From: Nitrososphaerales archaeon
GTDB lineage: Archaea > Thermoproteota > Nitrososphaeria > Nitrososphaerales > UBA213
Reading direction: 5' to 3'
Length of the DNA stretch: 64,000 bases
Assembly: GCA_965197925.1 (NCBI GenBank)
Contig: CBDAOC010000018.1
Coordinates: 192,001 to 256,000 of the forward strand
Shown piece after piece: positions 30,371 to 43,163 of this stretch. The translations under genes and the position numbers were made by a program. The notes beneath the pieces were generated by a model. That model saw nothing but the letters and a program-made list of their open reading frames with translations, did no database searches and was not told where the DNA came from. Every line of letters starts with the position of its first letter. Position 1 is the first letter of the stretch.

Positions 30371-32329
30371 TTATTGAATACCGCATCTTATTTCTTCTAC
30401 ATATGAAGTATAGTTAAGTGTGACTTCTGCACTACCTGGACCTTTGTTATAGAACCACACCTTGTAATTACCAATTTCAAGATTAACTGTCTTGAATGAA
30501 TCGATCGATAGGTTCAAGCTGGTTTGAGAGTCACCATTGGGAGTAAGGGTTACCATATCACCATTCTCAGCCAGTTGTCTTAGTAATAATCCATCTTCCC
30601 GGGTAACAGAAACTACAGGTATTTTTGGTTCATTGACAGATTCATCTTCCAGCTTACCAAAGAACATACCTGGTTGGTCTTTGTACAGAATAAGTGCCCC
30701 ATCTCCTTTCGTAGCTAAATTATTCTCTCTTTCGATAATGCTTTCATCTTCATTCACCTCTTCTACCTCAGATATAATAACAGAATTTTTTAGCTCCAGT
30801 TGTTCTGTATCAAGCGTCCTTGAATAATCTACATAGACCAGTTTACCACTTGTCTCATGTGAAATTGGAGGTGAGTTTTCAGTCAGAATTGCCAAAAAGT
30901 CACTATCATAATTATCCACCATAACAAGTATTGAAGATATTGAAGAGGTAGATGGCGGTTCATAGGTCTTATGACCGCTAGGGGCTTCAATCCAGTATTT
31001 GACTTTTGAAGGATCTTGTAGTTGGATCGCAAATTGTCCTTCCATGACAAACATGCCGGCGTGATCCATAGTTATGTTCTTGTGAATTTTCTGATTAGGA
31101 TCAATAACACCTGATAAGACGGTTTTATCATATGAATCGGGAGTCTCAATAAGTTGTAGCTTGCCAACGGTTCCAGTATCTCGCAACTGCATATATTCCG
31201 AGTCCGACAACTGTAATTGTTCTGACTCAACTTGTGTGATGCCTATGGGCCCCTCCCCTACCTTTAATGTTTTAATTACCTCGTTAGTTGCTACCTCAAT
31301 TATAGACAACGTATCTTCCTTGCTATTGGGTACATACACATGCTTCCCATCTGCCCCCACTAACAATCCTTTTGGCCCTTTCCCAACTGGTATATGCTTC
31401 ACAATTTCAAGTTTGGTTATATCCAACACGGCAACAGAACCTTGATCCTGTACGCCAATGTACGCAAACTTTCCGTCGGGGGTAGGCTCAGAAACACTAG
31501 GACGTCCTCCAAGATCGACAGTCTTGATAATTTTGTTGGTAGAAACGTCGATGATTGACTCACTTTTACCACCTCCCAAGTCTGTGCCATACGAACGCTC
31601 TCCATGATTCTCAACAAATACATACTTCCCATCAGGAGAAACGGTTAACATGAATGGAGCATCTCCTTCAGGAAACTTTATCGTTTCAATAACTTTAAGT
31701 TGTGATACGTTTATGACGGAAACAGAATCTGAATCTCTATTTGGTACATATAGGAGTTCTCTATCGGGTGTAAAATCAACATCACAGGGAAATTTTCCAA
31801 CAGGTATCTTCTTTACCACCTCAAAGCTACCTGTATCTACAACCCACATCTCATTGTGTGAAGAAGCAGGAATGAATGCCAACTTCCCATCAGGAGTAGC
31901 CTCCACAGGATTTATTACACCCCCAACGTGAATGTTTTCAATTAATTTCAACGTTCTTGGATCTATCACCTTCATGTTAGATTTATCAGCCATGTCTCGT
32001 GTCCATAACAATCCATTTTGATCCAAGTAATGGTTGGATGGCCATACAGTATAAGGCACATCTGATTGAAGAATTTTGATATTATTTCGAGGATCTATAA
32101 TGGACGCTGACTCCTTACTAAAGGCATAGATGTAAAAATGGTTATCAATAATATCCACCCGTTCCCATTTTGGTGGGAAATCCGATGTGGTTGATGATAT
32201 TTCCGGCTTTTCTTCAGGTCCAGTTTACACTTCCGGCGTCATAGAATTTAATCCAGAAAATCCAATAGCAATTCCAGCAATTACCCCTACAGCAACTCCA
32301 ATACCCAGAAAAAGATATCTGGAAATCAT
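30371..32329 (-). pseudogene. membrane-anchored YVTN-type beta-propeller protein with a PA-like domain; in-frame TAA at 32225-32227 after the anchor
   Basis: ORF 30371-32158 has repeated IPVG..P...TPDG blades; the same frame continues upstream to MISRYLFLGIGVAVGVIAGIAIG at 32329. Confidence 0.8.
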
Positions 32330-32423
32330 AAACAAATTTCATTTGCTGCTTATAGAATATAAATCATCTGTTAGCAAATTGACTTTTCAGATAAGGATAC
32401 AATTGATGTGTAATACAAATATC

Positions 32424-33303
32424 GAAGTCATCCCAATACTCTCCAATACATCATAATCGACGAAATGATAACAAATGCCAGATAGTTTTGTGCATTCTTC
32501 TCATATCTGATCCTGGTTCTGTGGAACCCATTCTTCAACCAGGCAAAGAATCTCTCCACAACATAGCGCGTCTTGCCGTATAGGTATTGTTCTGTATCAT
32601 CATTTTGTTGTTGTGTCTTACTGTTTTTTCTGTAAGGTATGCAGTCAGAGATTTTTCTTTTGGTGAGGTATTTCCTGATGAATTCTGCATCATAGCCCTT
32701 GTCTGCTTGGCACCGCGCAATTTTTCTGATAGATCTCTCATCCAGATATTGTGAGATGCCATCCATCACGTCTACAAATCTTGCAGAGTCATGCTGATTT
32801 GCAGGACCCATCACTACTGAGACTGGCAGTCCGTTTTGTTCCACCGCAACGTGTATTTTTGTGCCTGAAATCCTGTTGAATCCGTTGTATCCTATGACGC
32901 TTCCCCTTTTTTGGCCGGAACTGATGACGAATCGACCGTTTTTTGCAGCTGCATCTTGCCTGATCTGTGGGCTGATTTGACTGCAGCGGAGAGGATATTC
33001 TTCCATATTCCACGTCGCTGCCAGTTCTGCAGTCTGCGGTGCGCAGTTGATTTGGAGCCGTACCTTTGTGACATCCCAGTCCACCTGCATCCTGTTATCC
33101 CGACAAACAGGATTCCGTTGACTGTCTTTCTGTCGTCTGCCCTTGGCCTTCCGGTTCTGGCTGGCTTTGGGAGATGCGGTGATATCATCTTCCATTGTTC
33201 ACCTGTTATCTCCTGAAATTTCATGATCTGCTACGGGCAGCATTGCAAATAGATCCAAATGATCGTCAATTATTCACTAAATGATCAGTTTTGGGATCAG
33301 TTG
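32424..33303 (-). mobile_element. IS5-family type A, copy 2 (apparently intact orfA/orfB; ATC direct repeats)
   Basis: TIRs; overlapping orfA 32892-33224 and orfB 32428-; ATC at 32421-32423 and 33304-33306. Confidence 0.95.
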
Positions 33304-33424
33304 ATCATATCATAAACCAATCCTTGAAGAATATATTGAATAAGTTTTCCATATTAATCAATTTTTAAAGTTATTGCACATCCTTCATCATAGATCAGAA
33401 ATTTGGATAATCTAGAATAATTGT

Positions 33425-33983
33425 TTAAATCAAGATCACGACTTCACCATCAATCAGTTGTTCTTTGAATACTAAGGGTACCTTTTCAGGCAAAGGATTT
33501 TCCGTGGTTAAGGTCATGAAGGAACCGGGACCGCCTTCCTCTACTACAAACGTAAAGTCCAGATTGCTTCCAGCACCAATACCTGTGATGGTGACCTCTC
33601 CCTTCATAGTTGCTGTCTTACCATGTCTCTAGCTCCATTATTGTTCCTGTTACATACATAACATTGACAGAAAAGGTTCCGCTTAATGGCTTGAAACTTT
33701 CAGCTTTACGTGGCATAAGCGCTAAGCACTCGAAGAATCCATTAACATCTTCCCCATCTTTAGTAGCCTGAAATGAAATCATGGTTATAACAGGTGTCGG
33801 CAAATTGATATCCCCCTGTATCATTCCACCATCACCACCGACAATCATCGTTTGACCACCACCTTTAACAGTTATAGGGTCAATAACTATCTGCGAAGAT
33901 ACTGTCTGTGACAATCCAAACAAAACCAATACGAGGCTCAGGATTAATAATGAAGACATTCCATAAATTAGATATGATTTCAC
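33425..33983 (-). pseudogene. secreted hypothetical protein split by one frameshift
   Basis: ORFs 33618-33983 and 33425-33607 join via ...ELE/GKTATMKGEVTITG with a 1-nt shift near 33625. Confidence 0.65.
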
Positions 33984-34530
33984 TGAAAATTAAATATTCA
34001 ACGACTAATATTAGTTTTTTCTACTAGCAGCTACACCATACTATCCAAACAAAATAACAATAAATGATAGATAAAGGAAACTGAAGAAATCAAATCTATT
34101 TCAAAGTTATAGAAATAAGAAATAAGAAATCATAGTAATTATTTAAAAATGAACAATAATTTACTTACTATCAATAATGAAATTTATACTTAATTTCAAA
34201 TAGAACATAAGGAAATACTGCAGTAAGCCACGTTTCATGATGTCCAAGGAGCCAAGTATGCAGCTATGAGCTGGAGCAAATACCGAATTGGAAATTCAGA
34301 TATATATTGTATACATATCAAACGAAATATTACAGCGTAAACGTTCAAACGAATATTTGGTACTTCAACTATATTTTGTAATAAAACTTAGATTTTTCGG
34401 CGTCTTAATTATTAGTAAACACCTAAAAACAAATGTGATAAAGTTAATGAGGTTAAGAGAAAATTAACTTTCACAGTTTTAACAACAGAGGTGTCATAAT
34501 ATACAAATAAGACGGTTTCATTATTTCTTT

Positions 34531-36270
34531 GTGGCTTCATCTTATTATTACCTCGTTTTGGCATCATCATTTGTAATACTATTTGGACTCTCTCCTCTTG
34601 TTTTTGGGGGGAGTCCCATTGTTCAGATTCTTGATGTATAGGGAAAATCTGTTACAGAGACTATGAGTGTTGGTAGAGATTATGATATTTCCCGCTTTTT
34701 AACTGACATTGATAGGAATACAGAAACTGTCACATTTATACTACAGATTAAAGATGAAAGTGGAATAATAACGGAATTAAGCTGGAAGAATATCAAGATA
34801 CAAGGCCAAGGATTTATTCGACTTGATCTTCCTTGGTCTCCTGAAAAAAGTGGATCTTACTTTATTGAAACATTCGTGTGGGATAATCTTGAGACGCCTA
34901 AACCTTTAGAATCTTTTACCACATTCGAAGTTAATGCAGAACCAGAGCCAGAGCCAGAACCTAAGCCTGAAATAGATACAAAATCCAAGATTAAATGGCA
35001 AAAGGCATATGGTGGTCCCAATGGAGACATTGCTTATTCAGTAATGCCAACAGATGATGGAGGTTACATTGTAGCAGGTTCTACAACTTCGTTTGGCGCT
35101 GGTGATCTTGATGTTTATGTAATTAAATTAAATAGACTTGGTGATGTAACATGGTCATCCAGTTTTGGCGGGTCTGATTTCGACGTCGCAAATATTGTAA
35201 TTCAGACTTTTGATGGCGGTTATCTAACAGCTGGACGCACAAGGTCTTTCGGTGCAGGCAGTTCAGACTTTTATGTCCTGAAGCTAAATCCAGATGGTAC
35301 TCTTGATTGGAATAGAACGTACGGTCAACGTGGCTACGATAACGCGTTTGATATCGAACCTCTCAATGATGGTTACATTATTAGCGGTTACACTCATAGC
35401 AGGTTGGGACCAGGAGATGTCAATAATGTTGACTCGTTGATAATCAAGATAGACTTTGATGGAAACATCATTTGGTCAAAAGCCTATGGAGTTGGCGAAC
35501 CGGGTGTTGATTTTCCTGCCCTCACAGAGGACTTTTATTCAGTTAGAGTGACACCAGATAATGGCTATATTGTGGGCGGATGGTCATCATCAAACTCTGC
35601 TGGCGGTTATGACTTTTTTGCAATGAAACTAGATAAGGATGGCGATTTTCTATGGACCAAAACCTATGGTGGGCCGGATGACGATTACGGTAGATCACTT
35701 GAATTAACAGACGATGGCGGTTATATCATGACTGGTTGGACAGAATCTTTCGGTGCTGGCGTTTCTAATGCGCTAATTATTAAGCTTGATGCTGATGGCA
35801 ATGAACTTTGGTCTAGAACTATTGGTAGCACTGGTAGAGATACAGGTATGGAAGTGAAGCAATCCAGAGATGGAAACTTTATGGTGGCAGGAACATTTTC
35901 CGGAAGTGGTAGGGATGTTCTTGTTGCAAAACTTGATACAAGAGGCGATGTCCTATGGTCAAAAGGATTTGGCGGGACCGCCTTTGATATCGGATATTCG
36001 ATAAAACAAACTAATGACGAGGGATATGTGGTTGCAGGTTCTAAAATGGTTAGAGGGAGAATGAGTGATTTTTATGTGATAAAGTTAGATCGAGATGGTG
36101 ATTGTTGTCAAGACTGTACTATAACTCCCGACATTGGAATTCCTTCCCTAATAGTCAAATCTAGTATAACCCCACAAATAGATGTGTTACTGGATTCCAA
36201 GTCTGGTGCTAAGGTAGGTGCTTCGCCCACTGAATTCACAGAATTCTGTATCGATGTTGAATCGAACTAA
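34531..36270 (+). pseudogene. exported repeat beta-propeller protein; in-frame TAG at 34639-34641 separates the signal peptide from ORF 34663-36270
   Basis: GTG34531 starts MASSYYYLVLASSFVILFGLSPLVFGGSPIVQILDV*GKSVTETM...; EPEPEP linker; repeated GG..D....T.DGGYIVAG.T.SFGAG..D.Y.IKL. Confidence 0.75.
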
Positions 36271-36339
36271 CCAAGCAATATCATTAGATCTATGATATTT
36301 GCTGGAGGTGATAAGCTAATCTCAATATACTAATTAGTT

Positions 36340-37426
36340 GAGGCTTGGGCGTAATTTAGTTCGAAACAATAAGATCAGGTTCTAGTTTTTATTGTTGATA
36401 TGTTTAGCTCAGACTCTATACTTCTTCGTATATTATTTTTAATTGGTGTGATTCGGACAAAACCTAATAGGAAAAGAGGTAGACCATTCTACTATTCTCC
36501 TATAGTTATAGTAGATGCTTCATCGTTAGAGTATGGATAAGAATACCAAGCAACAATGCTTTGCATGAAACTTTTTGATAGACATGCCATACAACAGGAA
36601 GGTAATGAAGGCATGTGGTCTTGATAGGTTGCCAGACAGAAGAACATTCGACAGAAGGTCAAGGCCATATCAATTGACATAAGATCAAGGATAGATGTTA
36701 TGGGTATGCTCTTCATAAAAGATGGGTTGGTAGACCCAGCCATAGTATCCGTTGACAGTTCATTGTTGAAAGCAAAGGGACATGTATGGCATAGATCAAA
36801 CATGAAGAAGAATGAAGTGCCACGCTCCGGTATAGATACAGATGCTCGATGGGGCTACAGCAGAACCAAGGGATGGATATTCGGATACAAGATGCATCTA
36901 GCATGTAGCACAGGTTCGTTGATAGTTCCATTATCAGCTGATTTCTCAACAGCTAACATTACTGATAACAAGATGTATGAAAGCATAACATCTTCATTGC
37001 CTACAGGAATGGTAAGGTATGTTGTAGGAGATGAAGGATATGATGATCACAAGTTATGTGATTTCAACAGGTATAGAGGGCATCCAGTATTCCCATTGGA
37101 AAGGTACAAGCATACTACAGATAATAATAGACTGGCATTGCTGCAGTTCTATCAATCGGAATTTGGGCATGTATATTCTCGGAGGAGCATAAGCGTTGAA
37201 CCATTGATAGAGCAGATAAAGGATGTATTTGATATAGACCCACTACCTGTTAGAGGGTTCGATAAAGCTAGGAGCATCGTTCTGATTTCTATATTGCTAT
37301 ACCAGCTGATGGTATACTACAACTACTTGACAGGAAGACCATTAAGGGCATTGAAGCACATGTTGGGAAGTTAATCAATCAGAGGCATCAAGTTATTTTT
37401 GTTATATAGAATAATGCCCATGCCTC
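36340..37426 (+). mobile_element. type C DDE IS, full length, frameshifted
   Basis: TIRs GAGGCTTGGGCGTAAT / ATAATGCCCATGCCTC; ORF 36700-37374. Confidence 0.93.
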
Positions 37427-37671
37427 AGTTACATTTACAATTGTTTTATCCAATTAATTATCACTAGGTTTACTCATATTTTTATCCCGGGACTTATCAC
37501 AGCTACCAAGATCCATCTCATTCCAAATATCTCAAGAATTAGTGAAAACAATAACTCAATCATCCTAAAAATGTTGATAAACTGTTTGAAGTAATGTGAC
37601 GTAAGAGGATCAAATAATTTATAACAATATAATTGATTCCAAGTACTTATTCGAAATTCCAAAAGCTTATC

Positions 37672-38547
37672 CAACTGATCCCAAAACTGATCATTTAGTG
37701 AATAATTGACGATCATTTGGATCTATTTGCAATGCTGCCTGTAGCAGATCATGAAATTTCAGGAGATAACAGGTGAACAATGGAAGATGATATCACCGCA
37801 TCTCCCAAAGCCAGCCAGAACCGGAAGGCCAAGGGCAGACGACAGACAGTCAACGGAATCCTGTTTGTCGGGATAACAGGATGCAGGTGGACTGGGATGT
37901 CACAAAGGTACGGCTCCAAATCAACTGCGCACCGCAGACTGCAGAACTGGCAGCGACGTGGAATATGGAAGAATATCCTCTCCGCTGCAGTCAAATCAGC
38001 CCACAGATCAGGCAAGATGCAGCTGCAAAAAACGGTCGATTCGTCATCAGTTCCGGCCAAAAAAGGGGAAGCGTCATAAGATACAACGGATTCAACAGGA
38101 TTTCAGGCACAAAAATACACGTTGCGGTGGAACAAAACGGACTGCCAGTCTCAGTAGTGATGGGTCCTGCAAATCAGCATGACTCTGCAAGATTTGTAGA
38201 CGTGATGGATGGCATCTCACAATATCTGGATGAGAGATCTATCAGAAAAATTGCGCGGTGCCAAGCAGACAAGGGCTATGATGCAGAATTCATCAGGAAA
38301 TACCTCACCAAAAGAAAAATCTCTGACTGCATACCTTACAGAAAAAACAGTAAGACACAACAACAAAATGATGATACAGAACAATACCTATACGGCAAGA
38401 CGCGCTATGTTGTGGAGAGATTCTTTGCCTGGTTGAAGAATGGGTTCCACAGAACCAGGATCAGATATGAGAAGAATGCACAAAACTATCTGGCATTTGT
38501 TATCATTTCGTCGATTATGATGTATTGGAGAGTATTGGGATGACTTC
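37672..38547 (+). mobile_element. IS5-family type A, copy 3 (orfA frameshifted)
   Basis: TIRs; small deletion at GACGACAGACAG relative to the other copies. Confidence 0.93.
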
Positions 38548-39089
38548 TATGTATAAATAAGAAAGCATAATAATATAATCTCATTAGGGATTGAGCTGGT
38601 TATGATTTATGTACAAGAATACAAATATCACAAAGACAAGCTCAGCTTATGATCTTACACATATCTGAATATGTAGATAACTCTTGTTATACTTGATGGC
38701 GACAATAGTGATAATAAGCAGTTGGTTTTTTTCCAATCGGTCAGGGTAACATAAATAAGCAGATGTTTTATTAAGATGAACCAATAGGAAAGAATGTTGG
38801 TAGTTATAGAATAGGTTATGTATGGTTTTAAGAAGGAATCGATTTGTCATTATTTGTAATGAAGAATTCTAACAAATATTATTATGTGTGGTTAAGGAAT
38901 CGTGAATGATTGATTGAGTTCGATCCTTTGTTAAGGCTTGTAATTTTATTCACAATTATATCTATAGGAACTTTCATAATGTTCCCTACGTATAGAAGAC
39001 AAATTAGGAATTTCAGGGTCAATAAGGGTGCAAAAAGCTTGGGGCAGGCGAATATCAAGAAAGAAATTGAATAACTATTTTTGTTTATA

Positions 39090-39960
39090 CAACTCATCTC
39101 AAAACTAACCATTTAGACAATTTTTAGCAACCATTTAGATCCATGAATAGCGACATCTAAAATTATTTTATGAAATTCCAAGAATTATCAGACAAACAGT
39201 GGAGTATGATGGAATCACACATACCACCACATGCAAAAACTGGCAGGCCTAGGGATGATGATAGAAAAATCATTAACGGAATAATCCATGTTCTAACTAC
39301 TGGATGCCGATGGGACGATATGCCAAAAAGATATGGTGATGATTCTACTGCAAACAGAAGGTTAAACAAATGGCAACAAAAAGGAATCTGGAAAAAGATT
39401 CTATCACGTACTATTCACTCAGCACATAAATCTGGCAAAATTAATCTACAAATATCAGTTGACTCTTCATCCATTCCTGATAAAAAAGGGGCAATGTAAC
39501 TGGATATAATGGATTCAAGAGAATAACAGGTACAAAAATACATGCCGCAGTAGAGAGTAACGGATTTCCAATATCCATACTGTTGAGTCCAGCAAATGAA
39601 CATGACAGTACAAAATGCATGGATGTTACAGGATCAATTTCAGACTATCTTGATGATGATTCAATACAACAGATAGAACCAGTTTATGCAGACAAAATGA
39701 TGCAAAATACATCAGAATGTATTTGTGGGATAGAAATATTGCATGTTGCATCCCATACAAAATAAATTCCAAGTTCATCTTGCAAAATAATGATTGCAAA
39801 CATTACAGCAAGACAAGATTTGTAGTTGAGAGATTCCTTGCATGGCTCAAGAATGGATTTCACAGAACAAGAACCAGGTATGAAAGAACGGCAGAAAACT
39901 ACCTGGCATTTGTTAATCTTGCATCATTTTTGATGTATTGTAGGGTTTTGAGATGAGTTG
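39090..39960 (+). mobile_element. IS5-family type B, copy 2 (same defect as copy 1)
   Basis: Near-identical to 15320-16190. Confidence 0.93.
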
Positions 39961-40302
39961 ATTATAATAATAAATTCTTGCTGCGAAGCTGATTCTAGGG
40001 ACAATCGTAACCCTTCTGTTAGCCGTAATAATGATTACTATATTCACACCTATTTTTCTTAAATATTGCACAATGAATGTCCTTAGACATTTCCTTATCA
40101 AACATAAAATCATCGTTTTGTTATTGATAGCATGGGAACCAAAGACCAACGGGGTAGAGTAAGACGTTTTTGCAGCAATGATCGATTTAGATGATTGCTT
40201 TAATACTAAGATTTAACAAAAACAGCGATTTCAAGATTATGTCACTGAAAAATTGTTAATAATATTTTTTTAAATCGACAGCCCTACAATGAATCAGGAA
40301 TA

Positions 40303-40617
40303 TTAAGGGTCCATACTCCTTGTTGCTGATGAGTAAAGATAGAGAAGTTCAAAAGCAGTGTATTGAATAAGGTTAAGAAAGTCCTCTTTATTAGATGCAT
40401 ATTTCTTATTCAAACGTAAGAGTTCATTTCCAAATTCCGGTAGGATAAGACCACTCTTCAAATTGGATTGTACGTATTCTTCTATTTCACTCGCACTTCC
40501 TTTCCTGGTAATATCACGCAACTTTCTTAAGTGTACTACCGGAACTTCAAGCTCCATAGCTATTTTTGCAAGGTCACTTGCATCAAACTTTACCTGAACC
40601 CCAGCAGACACCAGCAT
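40303..40617 (-). CDS. hypothetical protein
   Basis: 104-aa ORF with protein-like composition in AT-rich DNA. Confidence 0.5.
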   Translation of the reverse strand: MLVSAGVQVKFDASDLAKIAMELEVPVVHLRKLRDITRKGSASEIEEYVQSNLKSGLILPEFGNELLRLNKKYASNKEDFLNLIQYTAFELLYLYSSATRSMDP

Positions 40618-41283
40618 ACACCCTTATTTCTATTCCTGATCGAACATAATAAAAGCATAACTCTCTCCACCGAGTCATATTAAGGGAAACATATTCTCAC
40701 TAAGATCGTCGCATCTAATTAGATGACCGCACGAATACTCTATCTGTTCTCGTCAGGCTTTTTTGAATCTTATTCCCTCTAATATGACAAGGTTTACTGC
40801 AAGAATTTAGTCCTTTTACAGAGACTTGAAAGATTTCAATTCTTGAATACCACGAGGTAATAAGCCAGATATCGGGAAAGAACTCAGAACTCCGAGATTC
40901 TAATCAAAATTATTACTAATTATGCTAAATGAAAATTAGACTACCACCTAATTTTGATCGAGCATTATGAAATAAACATTACAAACTTCCAGTCTTCTTG
41001 TAGTTTAGAATTTTCAAACTAGGTAGAGTTGGGGATTGTATGAAGTGTTCTACTGCTAATCATGAAATGCGATACAGATGAATAGAGTTTAAGTCAATTT
41101 ACTTTTTACACACTTCTTGGCCTGCTTTATACAATATTGTAAAGAAATCTTGGAGGATTAAGCGTGTGATCACAACCAACTCCCAATTGAATATGCTATT
41201 CTATCCTGGGAACTATAACGCCTATCTCGAATTCAAGCTCCATAATGAGACCATTTATCTCTTTAGCACCATCTTGTTGATTA

Positions 41284-41691
41284 CTACTCCAAAGTGAAGG
41301 GAAAATTTTTATGGAGTATGTCATATTTTTTATCAGACAAGCTTTGTAATTTTTGTAGGGCAGACTTGTATTTCGTAACAGCTATAAGGTAATTCTCCTT
41401 TGCTTCAGAGTAGTTGGTTATTCCTAATTTGCACGTCTTGAAAGCCTCGTCGTAACTTGCTCGATATAATGAAAGCTGGGAGCTCACTATATATTCACTA
41501 GCTCTGTTAAGATGATTTACGGCTAGCAACAAGTGATCATCAGCTGAATTGATCTCTGTATTGATCTCTAACTCTTCTTGTAGATCCTGGTTTTCTATGT
41601 AAATTTTCGTAAGATTAAAGATAACCATAGACAAACCAATCAATATTATAAAGAAAAGGAAGTATCTAGCAGGGTATTTCACAACAAACAA
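41284..41691 (-). CDS. membrane-anchored helical hypothetical protein, possibly truncated
   Basis: N-terminal TM helix followed by amphipathic helices. Confidence 0.55.
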   Translation of the reverse strand: MFVVKYPARYFLFFIILIGLSMVIFNLTKIYIENQDLQEELEINTEINSADDHLLLAVNHLNRASEYIVSSQLSLYRASYDEAFKTCKLGITNYSEAKENYLIAVTKYKSALQKLQSLSDKKYDILHKNFPFTLE

Positions 41692-41903
41692 ATTGATTTT
41701 TTCACAATTTAAGTACTGCTGTCCTAGCTACCGGTTTTATTCCTATGCCTAGTATTGGTGATCTACTAGACAAATCCGAGGTTAACAGGTAACTCGGGCC
41801 ACATATAACATTAAGCTAGTAATATTATCAAATTGTTTGTCAATAATACATCTCGCTAATCGGTACTATCTTTCTTAATATTAATCCGAATACAATAACC
41901 AGA

Positions 41904-42371
41904 CTAAGGGCTTTTATTTTCCTTTAGATATTTCTCATATTTCTTGAGCGCCATCTCTTGTGACGTATCCTCCAAAGACCCTGGCCTCATTTCTTCAATC
42001 TTGTGAATCGCGCTATCCGTATCTAGGCCATTTATCTTGATCATATATGCTATTAGTATAGTTCCAGTTCTACCTTTACCAGCACGACAGTGTACCATAA
42101 TGGATTTTTTATCTTTCAAACAAGTATCTACAAAGTTCACAGCCTCATCTATTTCATTGATTCCAGGTGCACTCTTATCTATTATCGGAATATGGCTGTA
42201 ATCAATGCCAGCAATCCATGATTGTGACAATGGCTCTTTTATCAATGTAAGTACAGCCTTGATACCTTTTTCTTTTATCCAAAATATCTCTTCTTCAGAG
42301 TTAGGAACACCACTTCCCGCAAGCAAACCGTCTATAACCCAAGAAAAATTCGTTGGTCCTTCAATTGCCAT
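41904..42371 (-). CDS. dual-specificity/protein-tyrosine phosphatase
   Basis: VHCRAGKGRTG (CX5R) active-site loop. Confidence 0.93.
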   Translation of the reverse strand: MAIEGPTNFSWVIDGLLAGSGVPNSEEEIFWIKEKGIKAVLTLIKEPLSQSWIAGIDYSHIPIIDKSAPGINEIDEAVNFVDTCLKDKKSIMVHCRAGKGRTGTILIAYMIKINGLDTDSAIHKIEEMRPGSLEDTSQEMALKKYEKYLKENKSP

Positions 42372-42669
42372 CTGTTCCTCTCCCCCAATACATCTTCATC
42401 TTGTTCTATCTCCTAATTCATTCTAACTTCTGCATTTTGATTTAAACTTAGCTGTATAATATTCGATCTTCACACATTTCTTAGCCATTTCACTAAAACA
42501 GCTCCCTTTGATTTTGCTTATTAGCAGTCACTAGACCTACTAGACTTTTATATTCAAGACTTTCCGACATCTCAAAGACCAACTTCATTTGGTGAATAAT
42601 TGTTTATCATGAAGTGTAAGGAAGATTATGGGACAACTAATACGAATTAATTTGCTATAATAGTAACAT

Positions 42670-42855
42670 ATGAAAAGTGTTGACATTGAAAGGTCAGATG
42701 CCAAAAGTTAAGCCCTAATTTGTATGGTTAAGGATTGTGATAAACCCGTTGCAAGGTCAACTTTTGTATCAGGAGCAGAGCGCTCTAAGCTTTATTTTTT
42801 CTGCACAGATCATTGGAAGCTCTGGTTAGACTATTATAACAAGACTAACGATTAA
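42670..42855 (+). pseudogene. small Cys/His (Zn-finger-like) protein with an in-frame TAA at 42709-42711
   Basis: MKSVDIERSDAKS*ALICMVKDCDKP...YFFCTDHW... Confidence 0.4.
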
Positions 42856-43163
42856 GGAAACGAGATTTTTCCACTAGCAACTGGATTTAGTCTATGAAAC
42901 TAAGTATAATAAATCGTTATTTTCATCAGTTCAGATTACGGTATTTAAATTATTATTAGAAGATAAAGCAGTTTTTCCTTGTCCTTGATCTATATAAAAA
43001 ATTCGGCTTGTCCGTTGCTTATTTCATATCTCATATCTCATATTTCGTAGATACTGCATCTAACCATTTAGATTTTTTAATTCACTATGCCTTGACGAAT
43101 TGCTGCAAATGAGCACTTGTGATGCTCTTTAGTTCGATTCATCATCTGGTTTATCAATTACTT

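Noticed and set aside
32905..32915. Split IS5 orfA/orfB as damage or novelty
   Set aside because: The A6G slippery site is the known programmed -1 frameshift arrangement of these IS5 elements
4579..36339. Reverse-complement flank pairs (AACTAATT/AATTAGTT and AATTATAT/ATATAATT) as split TSDs
   Set aside because: The orientation is wrong for two halves of one insertion; the palindromic target preference explains them
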